From positions 1-42,029 of the forward strand of contig JYFJ02003415.1 in NCBI GenBank assembly GCA_000934665.2: a DNA stretch of 42,029 nucleotides, given 5' to 3'. The notes under the pieces are model-generated. The model was not told the origin of the DNA. It saw nothing but the letters and a program-made list of their open reading frames with translations, and did no database searches. Shown here piece by piece: positions 11,547 to 25,915 of this stretch; position 1 is the first letter of the stretch, and every line of letters starts with the position of its first letter. The position numbers were made by a program, and so were the translations under genes. The DNA comes from Catajapyx aquilonaris (lineage: Eukaryota).

Positions 11547-14500
11547 GTTGGTTCGTCAGGGAGAGATTACTTGTGAAGCCAAAAGGTTTGCTTTTGTGTC
11601 ATGTTCATTTCTGTTTTGTTTTGTTTCATGAAGATGTTTGTGCTTCTCTGCCACTTGTTGCTTTTCGCAGTTGGTAATAAGGCAAGAGAATTATTGCCGA
11701 GTCAGGCAGTTGTGTTGAGTGGTAGAGCTTTGTGGTGGTATGTTCACAGAGCAAATGTGAAATAGTTCTCGTCAAAGAAATCAACATCTACGAAATGAGG
11801 TGCTTGTACTTGTTCAGCTGTAAATTACAGTGGTGTGTAGGGAAAGGGTGGACTTGCTCAAATATTTACACTTAAGTTTATTTATTACACTGTGCGACAG
11901 TACTTCTCTCAGTTGCCCATTTTAGAGAATGAGTGGATTTAATGACAATAATGGTAGACCATGTAATATATTTCTGTCTCCTCTCCTGCCTATCCTTCCC
12001 ATTCAACCATTCCATTTGTGCGTTGTGGCCACGATCCTTTTCGTCTTGATTGTGTGGAAATTTTGAAAGTATCTCTTCAGTCAAAGATATAACTTAAAAG
12101 CAAAAGATAAGGTAACTTTGGGTCCAATACTTTGCCGAAGACTGTTTCTTTGGAATTTTTCGTAGAAAATCTAATCAGCCACACTGGCAGGCACATTGAG
12201 GTAGTTGGAGTAATGTAACTTGCTGGAAGGTATGATGAATGGAGAACATTGCCTGTATAATTTTTCAATAGAATAGTGAACTAGCCTAGTTGATACATTT
12301 GGATCTTTGTGGAGTGACCTTCACTAAGGTAACAAGAATTCTGTTTTGTAGTGAACAAGTTATTCAAACTTCTGGCTGATGATGTTCTACTACATTACAG
12401 AATCTGAGTTTCTACATACAAAAAAGCTCTGTGTTACTGTTATGCCATACTTTGTGTTCATTCAGTGAGAAGGCAGAAGAACACGTGGCTGCTGGAAAAT
12501 CAGTCTTCATTCACGCTTCCACATCCAGATATATGAGGGCCAATTGAATGGAACATCTTGATGATGAGCATCAAGGCACCTAGAAGTAATCCAAGTTGTG
12601 GAGGTGCACTTGTCCATGCATCACTCCTTGCAGCATTGCAGACTATGTGCTGCTCTTGGTGTAGCAATGAGGTATATAAAGCTTAATGCTGATGTCTTGC
12701 TTGCACCATCAGCAGTGAAAATTTGACAAAGGTAGTCCACAGATGCTTCTCCAGACGGTTTCCTCAATAGGGATTACTTATAAGCCTACTGTATTAGTAT
12801 GGTCCGTAATTTAATTGCATACATTCACCAGTGGGCTAGGTCTTGCTGCACATGAAATTCAATAATTTGGTGTGATGTAATGCCGTCCAAGTTTCAGTCA
12901 TCAATGTATTTGGCAAATAACCTGATTGGGAGGACTAGGGTTGAGCATGCATAGCCCATTGTGCCACTTCTCTGTTTTATGAACTATGTAGTACATCAAA
13001 TGGCGAATGTGGTTTGTGTCCTCAGCCCTTACAGGTGGCAGTGCTCCATTAGGAAAATACTTCCACAATTTTGTGAATGTTTTGCTATAATATAATCAGA
13101 TAAATTTCGCTTTGGGCTCCAAATCATGTTATTCAGATTTAACATCTCTCAACATTCATTTTACATCAGGAGGTGTAGCCTTATATAGCTTACCAGTTCA
13201 ACTGATATCTGTATTCAGAAAGATAGTTATTTTGTTATTTTGTGGTAAGCATGGGCTCTTGATTGATTTGAGAATAATACGTAAGTTAGTTCTGCTGTTA
13301 TAAAATATCATGATTAAATTGCTAATTATCTTAGAAATTTTTGTGAGTGCATATACATCTCTCTATAATTATATATATGCATGTGTATATAATATTGAAA
13401 CCAAATGATACAAAGTGTCTTTCTTTTATGGTTCTGCTTTATCTGCCACAAGATTGGACACTTGGCAGCCATATCGAAGATGCTGGCACTAACTTGTGAT
13501 GCTGGCAGGGGATTGGGGGAACCAGCAGCATATTTTGAGCATATTCTAAAACATAATGGTTACGGCAATTTGTGGGTTTCTGGGGTTTATGACCAGATAG
13601 AATGCTGAAGGGCCTTCGTGATGGATTGTCTGGAAAATATATGCAATTAAGGTATTAAACTGAGAAGTACCAAAGTTAGCATATGACAAACTAACTTGAG
13701 AAAGAAAAAAAACAAACCTTGGAAAGGGCTGCACCTGCCACGTATCCCGGGCAGAGAATTTATTTAAAGGCATAGGCATGCAACTGTGTATAGAGTATAT
13801 TCCAAACTTAAAATACAGTGCATATAAGGTTTTAAGTGTTTTATAGACTATGTTATTGTTTGACAAACTAAAGCACTTTCTCAGTTAAATCCTTCAATTA
13901 CGGATCACTGTGAATGTACTAGGCTGCAAAAGATGAGGGCCAGGTAAAAATGCACAATATTGTTTTTCTGTGATGGTGTAATAATTCATACCATATACTA
14001 CTTGCTCTTTGGAATGTGAATAGTAATATGAATTTTAAGAAGATACAAGTACCATTCCATTGCCATCTAAGGGAAACAATATTCAGTTTTTTTGCCAGCT
14101 TCTTGTTCTTTGCTGCCCTGCAGTAGGCAACATGCTGCTAAGATGAAATGTGACAACAAACACTTGATTGTCCCTGCACAGGATTTGTGTATGGAACCTG
14201 ATTTCTCAGGCAAACAGATTTGATACATGTGACTTAGCATGTAAGATTTCCACTACAACTATGTCCAGTGGCTCGTACTTGTTCAGTACATATGATTTCC
14301 AGTGCCTGGTTTAACAGCATGTTACCTTCAGGTTACCACAGGGAATACACAAACACTATTGGGCAAGTATAAGCTGTTGGAGTAGAGGATGTTGCTCATA
14401 GCCTGTAATATAGTGATTATTTATAGTGAATTGCATCCAGCTTGTCAGGCAGGAAGGGCAGTTTCAGTGTCTTAATGATTGCATTGTAAATTTAATATTG

Positions 14501-17500
14501 CACAAAAATTTCATGAAAGGTGCTACAGGCAGTCTCTTTTATCATCTTTCATAAGCAGATCATTTATCAATAAAAATGGCAACAGATTGAACACAGTTGG
14601 TTACTTTGGATATAATCCATTGACATAGTAGCCAGTTTGGGCTGACTTCGTTGCAGTTTCTGTCATAAATGGCCATATGGTTCAAAGACCATAAAAGAGG
14701 AACCCTGTGATATTTTATTGGAATATTGGTGCAATAATATTTACTTTGGAATTTTTAACGTTACTGTATTTGCCCCTTGTGTGCCAGGGAAGCTGGAGAC
14801 AAAAAGAATTAAGGAGACATTTCCAACTGCAAATTTCAAATGGTTACTTGCTACCACGGCAGCCTGACGTGGCACCACCACGGCATGATAGCCAACCAAC
14901 TAGGCCCTTACTTGTGGGTAGCAATAGGCGTCATGATCACAGGATATTACATCGGGTCTGTGAATGCTCATTATTCATATATTTTGTCAGCAATGGTCTG
15001 TGCCACTAAAATCATCAAATAGTTCCTGTACTTTTCTTTAAATGTGTGATTATGTCTCCCACATGCAAAGTGAATAGGACATGCTAATGTTCATATGATT
15101 TTTACTCGTTGCACGACTATCTATTGAGAAGTTGTGCATGGCATGCTCACATCACTGAGTGTATATGGAGGCCATTTGTAACTGATAAGTTTCAGATATT
15201 ACTTAGTTGGGGCACTTGTGCTTTTACCTATTTGGACCATGAATCAGACTCATGTTTGGACCTGGCTTGGTTACTAATCTCAAATGGTGGTTTTTGGGTG
15301 CCACTAACTCAGCCCGTGGTAGTGAATAATATCTCAAGTACAAGACCAAGTGTTCACAGATTTTAATACAAGGAAGCGACTAATGAAAGATTGTTTCGAG
15401 AGGGCTCATGTTAAGTGAAGAATGCCATTCATTTTTCTGTGTTACATTTTTTTTGAATGGTCCCCATTCATATCACTGGAGTTTAGTGGTATTATTTCCT
15501 TTCTCATGTATGGGTTATCCATAGAGGATGTCATGCTAATTTTAGGTTTTCCCTCTTGCTCAAGGCACTTACTGTTGTGTAAGTCAACTGCTCCTCCCAC
15601 ATCTGCACTCCCTACTTTGTTAATAAGCTCATGTCACACTGGCATAGACACTGATTCCTTAACTATGCATGCTCTTCCGTGAGGCTCATTCACAATATAT
15701 TTTAAAATGCGAGGGGAAATCAACAAGTAACTTTTTAATTACTTGTTCAACTGAAAAATACTTAACACTAGGGCAGAGATATGAAGGAACAGATTACTTA
15801 TTTTTCAATGAACCAGAAGCATTTACATACTTGGACAAGTTTTGCAATTCTGATCTAGTAGAAGACTTTTCTGCACATAGATCAACTCCTGCACAGCTAT
15901 TTTCACCACTTTGTCCAATAAGAACATATTTCCAGACAGAATCTTGTAACATTTTAATTATTAGGACAAAGCTGGTAGTCAATAGCTGCAAGCTCAGCGT
16001 TGTAGGGAGAAGTGTTTCGATACATCCCAGTAGTGCAACAATGCCTCTGTACACAAGACAAGGCCATTTATGACAGGGTAATACAAAACTTTTTGCACAA
16101 CGGGGCAAGTGTAGAAATGTCTAGTTTACCAGTTGAGTTCATATATGCTAAAGGAGCCATTTTTCTATCCTGGTTTGGGTATTGCATTATTTAGTGTAAA
16201 AATAATTACAGTTTTTAATTGATATTTTCTACATGTGGAGCATCCAACAAATGAGCACTCATCCACCCAAGTGCCAAACAGAGATAATCAGGAACATGTG
16301 TTCAGGACTGAATCATATCAGAATAGTAATTGTTCATTTTTTTGGAGGATATCATGTAACACTGAATGGGAAAGTTCAAAATCTGCCTCATCACTCTGTT
16401 AATGTTTTAAGCTTGTGCTCCTTTGCTCACAAGTTAGTAGGAATGGCCTTGCACTCTCTGTCACACATTATCAAATAGAGTGGGAAGTATTAAGGTGTGA
16501 TACAAACATTATGACAGAAAGCCCACCAAAAGCAATTGAAACTATTGTTTAATATCTCATCATCTGATACATTCAGGAAAATAATGAACATGTGCTTTTC
16601 TACTACTTGTGACATGGGTAGACCATGACATACATTAGTCACTCCTTTTAAACTGGGCTGTGATTAGTCCTTCTGTGGACATGGACCCCTGCAGTCAGCA
16701 GAAAACAATGCAATATGCACTGCAGTGCTCTGGGAGACAATTTCCCATACTCAGACTGTGCTGTTGTTTAGGCTACCACTGCAGTGATGACGATTCCTCC
16801 AAATTATTTCTCTTTGGTTACTTGATGGTGATACCTGGGACTAAGTTTTATTATACATTATTCTGGACATGTGGTACTTTTCTTGGATGCTTTACAAGTT
16901 TCAGTTAAACTGTTGCTTATAAAAGGAAATTCTATTCTTTCTTTTGAGTTAATCAGAAGATTGTTTGATGTAAGGAGAGGAAAACTAAAATCCTTGTTGG
17001 CAATTGAGAAGATTTTAAACCCTGCATAAAACCTTGTTTTAGAGATGCCTCAAGTAATGTTTGCTAGATCTCTTTTTCCAGCCCTCTTGTGTGGGGAGGT
17101 ATTATCAGCACAATATTATTCCGAACACTTCCATGTGCTTTTCTTATGGGAGTGTACATGATAATACTGTGCCGATAATATATTGGGTAGGGCTTGGGGG
17201 GGGGGGGGCAGAAATTTAGCTTGGGCTGACTCTAGCAGGCCACGTTACAATGCTCCAATTTTAATATAAAAAGATCACACTTAGCCCTTAAAATTAACAT
17301 GTGTACAATGTAATATTAATCATTTTTCAACACATACACGACTGTTCCACTGCTGAAGGTATATGATACACTGACAGTTTCTGCCTGCAATAAATTGTCT
17401 AGAAACAATACACGACAAGATAACTGTGTTGGTGCAACTGGCCCTTAATGCAGGTTGTAATACCATTGCAGGTTATCATTGTGGATGAAACTTTTCCAGC

Positions 17501-18739
17501 AATGGTAAACCTGTTCTTTGTCATATACTTTGACTGGTGCAATTGGCTTTAAGCAAGCACAAGCAAGTCAACTCTTGAATTGACCTTTTGTACACTGATT
17601 CTGGAACATGCAGAAGTAACACCCCTTCACACTCCCATGCTGACCACAGCTTTCTATCACTCGTGCCCCTTAATCAGTGTGACATTCTCTATGGATGGTC
17701 CCATAGTAATTGTTGTATAATGGAGTTCCTCTTACAGGGTAACGTCATTGCATTTGAACAAACTTGGAGGAAATGCGTTTCATGTCAATTTTGTAGAAGC
17801 ATGCCTCGCTTTGTCTTTTAACGCAGGATTTATTTTCAAATGAGATGGCAACACAGAATTCTTAACCTTGAGTACAGCACAATGGGAATTTGAGTCTCAC
17901 TTTTGTGAGCACTTCTGTGGTGTAAGTTGGGTATTAGCTTGTACAGTTTATAAAAGCCAAAGATTTTCTTGAATCCAAGTGTACTGATGTAGGCTACATT
18001 TCCAAAGGGTGCATTGGTCCACCCACAATGACAAGTCACCTCTCCACTCCCGGAACAGTCATGGGAAATGTGGCTTTTCCGTGTTAACGAACAGTTAACA
18101 CTTAGACAATTATTTATTTGAATGATGACCAACTTTGTAGTGTACTTTTAAGTTACCATGTCCTCGTTATGTGGCAATTTTGTGATAAATGTGGTGGCAC
18201 AAGGGAGTAAACAAATAATTATAGGCCAAAGAACCAGCTTCATTCTTAAGCTTTGTGAATGGTACTGTTTTTGATGCAGAGCAAGCGTCAAACCTGAGTG
18301 CACTCTAGCGTGGCAGTGCAGATGATTTCACTCTCCTGCTGCGTCAAATGACATGTGAAAATGACTGTAAAGTAAATATGTACTGTAGCAGTAGTAGTAG
18401 TAGTTATTGCATGCTATTGTTTTGCAGTTTGAAATTCTTGCATTGATGTGCAAAAAAATACCTTGCTCACTGCAGTATCAATCATACCGTTTTGGTCTTC
18501 TTTTTTTTACAAACTCTGAAATGTGATGTCAAAATTCGCATTCAAAGTGGGTGTGGAACTTCTATGTGGGGAGGGAGAAGGATGTAAATTTGTTAACATG
18601 TATCCTCATTCTGCACTAGTTGTAGTCTTTGTAAAATATAAAGTAGAGATAGTTGTTAAGCATTCTTATTTGTAAAAAAAATGACAAAGAGAATCTGTAA
18701 ACCTTTCTGTACTTTTAGAGTTCTTGTACACAAAAGTCC

Positions 18740-18745
18740 AATAAA
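18740..18745 (+). terminator. Candidate distal polyadenylation signal of tweety
   Basis: AATAAA with several TGTA motifs upstream and TG/T-rich sequence downstream. Alternative AATAAA sites at 14569, 17389, 19610 and 19914. Confidence 0.4.
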
Positions 18746-21236
18746 TGTCTTTTGTACAGTGTAAACCAATAGGTGTAACATAATTGCATAGTGATTTGGA
18801 AAGTAATTTCTTCCAGAAGGTGAATATTGGGTGGGATNGGGGGGAGAGACTTTTTCCAGGTTTTCTGACCTGCATGACTTCATCAAAGTGACTGTTGCAA
18901 CTAAAGGTAAGTTGCCATAGAAGTCCTAGGAGCCTTTACATAAACCACACACCGGTTTTCTGCATTTAATTAATATCTCAGACACCAATACAAAAACGAC
19001 ACCTTTCTGCGCCTTTCTGTTATCACCAGATATGAGCAGATATGGTAGCTTATGTCACCATAATTTTCATTACCCAATATTGTAATGGGCCACATTTCCC
19101 AAAATTCCTCTACTACTGCAAGTGCTTATGTTGCATTGATTCATGGGCCTAAGAAATGCTGGTGTTACATGAACTTACTAATATGTTGAAGGGCCTGTCT
19201 AAAACCAGTGGTCTGAAAAATATTTGATGTAATGGCTAGTTATCTGTAATTAATATGATACAAGAAATGAAGATACATTCAATGTGTTGGTCAAAAGAAG
19301 GGAAGAGAAATTCCTACTACACTGCATCTCGAATGTTTCTGCAGGCATGGCCAGCTGACGAATGTGAATTTAGCCCCCAGAATGATCGTGCAGTACCTAA
19401 TCAGGCGATAAGCATGATAGCATATGTGTTGAACGAATCAGTACATTTGTTAGAGAGAGATGCCATTGCACTAATTTTTTTTTGCCCAGTAGGCCTATAT
19501 TACGTATGTGGTAATATGAGGAATTATGCCCGGAGCTACCCAATTGTCCCATGGTAATTACAATCAGCCTGATTCTAGTTGCAGTCAAATTGTTCAGAGA
19601 AGTCTAGCAAATAAATGTAATAATGTGACATCCATCCATGTATGGAGGAAGCACTTAGGTACAGTACTGCAAGTTTAAATCATGGGATGACTATTTGAAG
19701 TGGATAGGTGAGGAAGAGGAAATTATACTTTTCTTTCCTGAATGCCACTATGGCATATTTTTGGAACGGCCTTCCCAGCAAAAGGCTTAAACAGTTTAAC
19801 AATAGGACACTCCCTTCTGTTAGAATTGTTATATTGTTGACACTGTTTACACCTTTTGCTGTGTGGTGTCATCTCCATGGAAATAGTGGTAAGTTGACTA
19901 ATGAAAGGGAACAAATAAAAGAGCAACTTATTTTGGTAGCCTGATATTTCCGCTCTTGATCAGACTGTTGGCACCCACAACCCAGTAGGTCAGTATACTA
20001 TAGTCAATAATTACACAAATTGAGTATAAAATTAGAGATACTTGCGTGAAAAACGTAGTAAAATTGTCAAGATTTGAATCCATGACATCTTGCCCAGTCA
20101 CCCTTTTCACCTTCTTGGACTGTTCATATTATGCAGCTTTCCTAGATGAAGGTGGAAGAGCATACTCACATGGCATGTATTATTAATGAATGTATCCAAA
20201 ATAGACCTTCATGATGTTTCTTTCCAAGTTGACTATCCAGTTGGGGAACTGGGAAATATATACCACTTCCATTGTCAGTGCATGTGTCATTACTCATTAG
20301 TGTGCAATGTCACATGTGAAAAGGTAAAGGAACCACTGGTACAGCATATTGTACAGTACCTTTGCAGAATATTGACCCATATACTGTATATTTTACTACA
20401 GTACATTAGAATAGGCCTATTGTTATTACTATTCCAATTTAGTGTTGATTGTTTTTGTTGATGTCATAATGTATATTTGCAATGGAACTTATCATAGGTG
20501 TGCGTGTATGTATGCTAAAAGTGCTTGGAGGCCTTGGAACCTACTACCTGCATATATATTGAGGGAGACACTGTATATTTTCTGATAGCCTGCATTGTGC
20601 AAGAGTGCCAATAGTGACCATAACAGGTAATGTAGCATTGATTTGTTACTTTTTGGTGAAAGATGTAACTAAAAGTTACTTTATATTTGCCATTTACAAC
20701 AGTGACCATTCAGTTTTACTGGAATATTGAAGCAAAACAATCTTAAATATAGGGGCTACTGGTACCAGTACTGAGTGGAGATATTCCAACATTCCAAATA
20801 ATTATGTTGACCAACCAGCCTTAGGCTTTCAAATGTTAACTTTTGAGTTCTGACAAGGAGGCTATTAACATGAGGCTGTCAATTCATTTTTTAGTGATTC
20901 AGTTGCTAGGTCTATGATACCTTACCATATTCTTTTTCATGTTAATGTGTCTTTATAGTGGGATTAAGTCATTGTTCACTCTCTGTTGTTTTTTTCAGTA
21001 CAATTTTATTATACAAAAATTTGGCTGAGTTTATCATGCCATTTTTTACTCCTGGTAAATGAAAAAATATGTCACACTACTCATGCTGCTGTCTCATGAA
21101 TTTTGAGAGTCTTTGCAGACGTTGCCAGTGTGTCCCCTTAAAGTACTCGAACTATGTATGAATTAGGAGTACGGTACTGTACCTCCAATTGCAGAAGGTT
21201 ATGACCTGTTTCTAGGGGGGGGGGGTAATCACAATG

Positions 21237-21237
<1 letters not shown>

Positions 21238-21302
<65 letters not shown>
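21238..21302. repeat. (ATC)n microsatellite
   Basis: Perfect trinucleotide run. Confidence 0.95.
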
Positions 21303-21650
21303 GAGAAATTAAAGTAATTTTTATTACGGTACTTCTCAAAGTAACAGTGGCAAGGTAGCAGCTTAACGACAAGCAGCTTACTACAAAAAAAGTTAACTAC
21401 AATCAAGAGCTCTTGCTACAATGGACACTTCAATTGGAACACATGTCATATAATCCATTTAGGATCTCCTGATAAACATGAGTGACTGGCTGTAATGTCA
21501 TATTTTCACTTGGGACAGCTTATATACTTTCCAACGTTTTATCCGAGGAGTTGGAAAGTATTTAGGTGTTTTGGTTCATACGCACATTTAAGACCGTTAA
21601 TTGCTCCCATTGTAGCATTTGGAGAAACAGCTGATGCGGATTTAGTCAGC

Positions 21651-21770
21651 ATGGAAGGAGTCCAAAATGCTATCCACCCACCTCCAATTACAGTGCAGGA
21701 TATGACCCAGTGTAGGAAGATATGTCACTATTGTGGCATGATGTCCAACCTCACACATGGGAAAGTTCAG
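21651..21770 (+). CDS. Coiled-coil protein (LEKR1-like N-terminus), first coding exon MEGVQNAIHPPP...ICHYCGMMSNLTHGKVQ
   Basis: agcATGg start, strong CAG|gtatgt donor, phase 0 matches the next exon; HPxP...M...CxYCG...H motif. Confidence 0.7.
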
Positions 21771-22483
21771 GTATGTAAATGAGAATCACATGTTAATTAA
21801 ACCATCTTTACTTTATTTTTAGTGACAGAATAGCAACTTCTTATTTTAACATTAAACAGTATTAGGATGCATTGATATTAACATTGACAGCATTATGTAT
21901 GTGTGTGCAAATTAAGTGTTATGCACATGTGAGCATTAATTTTGTTGTGTTTCAAAGTTTAATAAACGCATACTATGGTTTATGTCACATGAATTCATAG
22001 AGACAAATTCTGTGGATAAGACATGATGGCCAAGGTTTGTGATAAAGCCTAAGCAACCCTGTTCGTACAAAAAAAAAAAGTGGATCAAAGCATTAGACAT
22101 AATATTACTTAACCTCATCAAACTAAACTAATATAAGCAGAGAGTGTTCAGCTAAAAATTACAAAAGATGCACATGATATTGTTAAGAACACATAAAATT
22201 ATTAAATTCACATTATATTTACTGCTGGTGACTTTACCAACACCAAAGGAGGGACGGGCCACTCCTATATCTGAAGTGTACATATAGTTACAATTACTTC
22301 TAATTGATCATAATAATTTTTATCAGGAATCATTGAGACCAGCTTATGATTGTGCATGATTACATGAAAAAGTGTACAGTACATGTGATTACATCGATTG
22401 CCAACTCTTCAGTGTTAAAATAATACTTTTCATTCCTGAAAAAAATACCATTTTTCTTCCGAAAAACTTGTATTACCTCATAG

Positions 22484-23166
22484 GAATCAGAAGCAGAGGT
22501 TGATAAGCTGAATGAAGAGCTGAATGCGCAAAATGTGGCCTTTATTAGGCATTCCAATCTGAAGCTAACTAGACTTGTACGCACGATGAAAATGGAAAAC
22601 ATTAAATGCATGCAGGAGTCTGAGAGCTTCAAGTTGAAGATGATCCATAAAGATACAGAACGGAAGAAGCGACTGAAAGAGTTTCACCTTAGCAATGCCT
22701 CCCTGATGCGAGCAAACAACTACTTGTATTGGGAACTGCAAAGACGGGATGGTTTCTATCAGCTGAGATGTAACCAGCTGCAGGAGCGAGCAGAGCTAGC
22801 TGATTCGAACGTGGATGCAATAATGAAAGAAATGAAGACTAACATGGAACATCTGGAGGACGCCAAGGAGGCCATTCAGAAAGAGATGACGGATAGGATG
22901 AAACTCGAAGACTGGTGCGAAGATCTGGTTCAATTGAATACGTGGTTATCCAAATGCAAGTCCCAGCTTCAGAAAGACTTGGTGGCAAAAACAGATGAGT
23001 GCCATGACATAAAGATGGGTCAAGGACAGCTGGAGGAGGAGGTGAAGCAGAAGCAAAAGCTGTTGGATAAAACAGAGCACAAGCTACTCATCCAAGAAAC
23101 AACATCCTCTGATGCAATCAAGTCTGCCAAAGAAGAGATTAAAAAGATGGAGGCAGAATTAGCCCA
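22484..23166 (+). CDS. Coiled-coil protein exon 2
   Basis: catag acceptor, gtaaga donor; 683-bp open frame rich in L/E/K with heptad character. Confidence 0.88.
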
Positions 23167-23275
23167 GTAAGACTTTCATTCTTACCTTTCATTTAGTTGT
23201 AATTGATGATAATAATATTTGTATCTACTGTATCTCAAGACATCAAACAATGCTCTCTTTCTTTCCTTTGCAAAG

Positions 23276-23597
23276 GCACAATGTGAAGCTGAAATCTGTC
23301 AATAACGAGCTGCAGAAAACTCACGCAGAAGTAGACAAGTGGAAGAGAAGGTCTAAGACAGCAAGTCGAGAATTCAGACAGGTCCAGAAGAAGGCTGCAG
23401 ACACTTGCTCTAAGGCTCAAAACCTGGGTCAGGAGCTGATTAACATGAAGGATCATTACAAGGCTCTGGAGACTGAGTGTTCGAATCTCCGTGCTCAGAC
23501 GTGCACAGCAAAGCAAGCACTGTCTGCGATCCAGAGAGAGGCTGCAAGATTGAAGCGTGAGGATAGCCAGCTCTCAAAGTCTGCCCTCCAGAAAAAG
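23276..23597 (+). CDS. Coiled-coil protein exon 3
   Basis: Polypyrimidine tract plus aag acceptor (phase 2); donor AAG|gtcaac is weak but phase-compatible. Confidence 0.82.
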
Positions 23598-23853
23598 GTC
23601 AACATTAAGATTCAAATAAGCATCAGTTAAAAGTGCATTTCTCTCGAACAGGAATCTTTCACAGACACTTATTTTATCAGAAAAATATTTCTGGAACTCC
23701 ATCCAATTATTATGCCTTGTGATAATTTTATGAATACTTATAATGACAGTGTGGTTCTCTCCTCTAATTTATTATATTATTATAATTATGAACATGGTCC
23801 ACACACACACTTTCCAGTTTCAAACATACCAGCTGATAACTCTACATTCTCAG

Positions 23854-24059
23854 GTGAGACATTTGACAACACAGTTGAATACAGCCAAAGACAAGATAAG
23901 GGAAGAGAATGCACGTTACGGTGACTTACAGATTCAGACGGATGATATGAGGCATCAATATGCGATTGAGAAGAACGTCTTACTAGATAGGTTACAGCTC
24001 GCAGAGTTTGAGAAGGACGCTGTTAAGCGCACCATGAAGGAGAAATGGAATCATAACAG
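23854..24059 (+). CDS. Coiled-coil protein exon 4
   Basis: ttctcag acceptor, AG|gtatgt donor; VRHLTTQLNTAKDKIREEN...KEKWNHN. Confidence 0.85.
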
Positions 24060-24299
24060 GTATGTAGGAAATATACCGTACTATTAAGAACATAAGCTTG
24101 ACCTGACACAGGTTGATCAATTGAAAACTAGAAAAGTACAATAATTTTTAAAATTAACCTGACGTTGGGGATGCCTCTTGACCTCTTTACCTGTATAGGA
24201 TGTGTCTTACTAGTAGGTCATCAAATTTACAGTGAAATCTTTGGCCCCTGACAAGTCAAAAATTTAGGGGTAAGAAAGGTCAAGGGAACAACCGGTATA

Positions 24300-24606
24300 G
24301 TAGACAACCAGACACATTGGGATGCCCATTGACACATTTGGCAACACATATGACACCTCTTTGTAGGGAGATTGCCTGACAGGTGAACCTGCTCACACTA
24401 CAGTAGTGGCCCACAGACAGCAGGATATGAGAGTGGTAATGAGGCTGTCTCTTTCACAGTAATGATTAGGCCTATCCCACTCATATCCATGCAGCTCTCT
24501 AGGCAACTATTGTAACGTTAGTGGGTCTACCTGTCAGGCAGTCTCCCTACAAAGAGGTCTGGTATGGGTTGCTGCCTATGCCAATGTGTGTGTTTGGTTG
24601 TCTTCC
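24300..24606. mobile_element. Degenerate inverted-repeat element (old MITE)
   Basis: acctctttgtagggagattgcctgacaggt (about 24355-24384) is the near-exact reverse complement of acctgtcaggcagtctccctacaaagaggt (about 24529-24558), with weaker flanking symmetry. Ends are approximate. Confidence 0.6.
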
Positions 24607-25915
24607 TTGATCTTGGTTGATACCGTGACATGTCTCATCCCTACATTTATGATTAGTCTTGGGCCATCCCGAGGGCCACCCACTGTGCTGTAAGCCAGAC
24701 AACCTACTAGTAAGAAGCCACTTGGCCTAATGGTAATGATAATATACGATGCCAAACATGACATAAGGCATGCAAATTGGGCAAATTAATTATTAGTCTG
24801 ATGTCTCTAAAGTTTTGTTATAAGAGGCTAGAGCAGCCATTCTCAACCAATAGTGGGATGGTCTGCATATATACTGTAGATTGTATTATGATCCATTTTA
24901 TTAATTCCAATAAATATCCAGGGTCATATATTGATACATATCAGTTCAGAAAATGGTATTGGCTTGTAGACTTCCAATTTTATTTTCAAAATCACATGAA
25001 CATCCTATTGACCAATCCACCGCACCGTATGAGCTCACAGAGATCTAGATAATTATGTAAAAATGAGCAATGATATTCCCAGGCCAAATTCTTGACTCTT
25101 ATGGTACCGGTACTTGGTATTAATGGGAGCACATATTGTTATATTGAATCAAATCATCGAAAACACAGAAACAAATATTGTGGTACAGGTATGACATTTT
25201 TTGATAAGTGATTGGTTAAAAAAATGTTTTTCAATACGCCAATTATTGCTCAAAACTTCCAATGACCCTAAAACTTACACTACATTTGACACTTCATGGA
25301 ATTGGGTTACTGTGATCTCATCCAATAGTTACACTGACTTATATACCTTACTATTACAAGACTAGACTCTTTCTGTCAGATGTGTATCCAAGCTGATAGC
25401 ACCACTATAACTGACCCCATATTTCTACTGATACAAAAACCTGACTCCAATGGACACAAGATATTACAGCATTAGGTCACATCTGAAGAGGAACTATCTC
25501 TTGTAATCAGTCGTACTAATAAGCCTTGGCTTATAATATTGCATGGACTTGATCCCCTTGGCACAATATGTCATTACCTCCCATGATTTGATTACCAGTA
25601 TGCATAATAACCTGGAAGTAGGTTTTGTCGTTTCTATGCACAATGCCAGCTCTCTGCTCCCCCTTGGTGCATGACTCAAGACCTCAGTGACGCTCTGCTA
25701 TCTTGACTCAGTTGCTGCCCAACTTTTACATCATAAGTGGACAATTAAGTACCTGAAATTATGAGTTCCATGTGAGTCTCAACTGTCCCTCTCTAACAAC
25801 ATCCCCAATTAAAATAGGTTTGAAGCAGGTTGTACAGTACTGTACAACTTGATGTCACTTGTCATTTTCATTTTATCACGTTATGTACTGTACTCTGTAC
25901 ATTTAATAGTACCTA

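Noticed and set aside
11393..11677. 94-aa ORF from the track
   Set aside because: It is the wrong frame of the tweety terminal exon.
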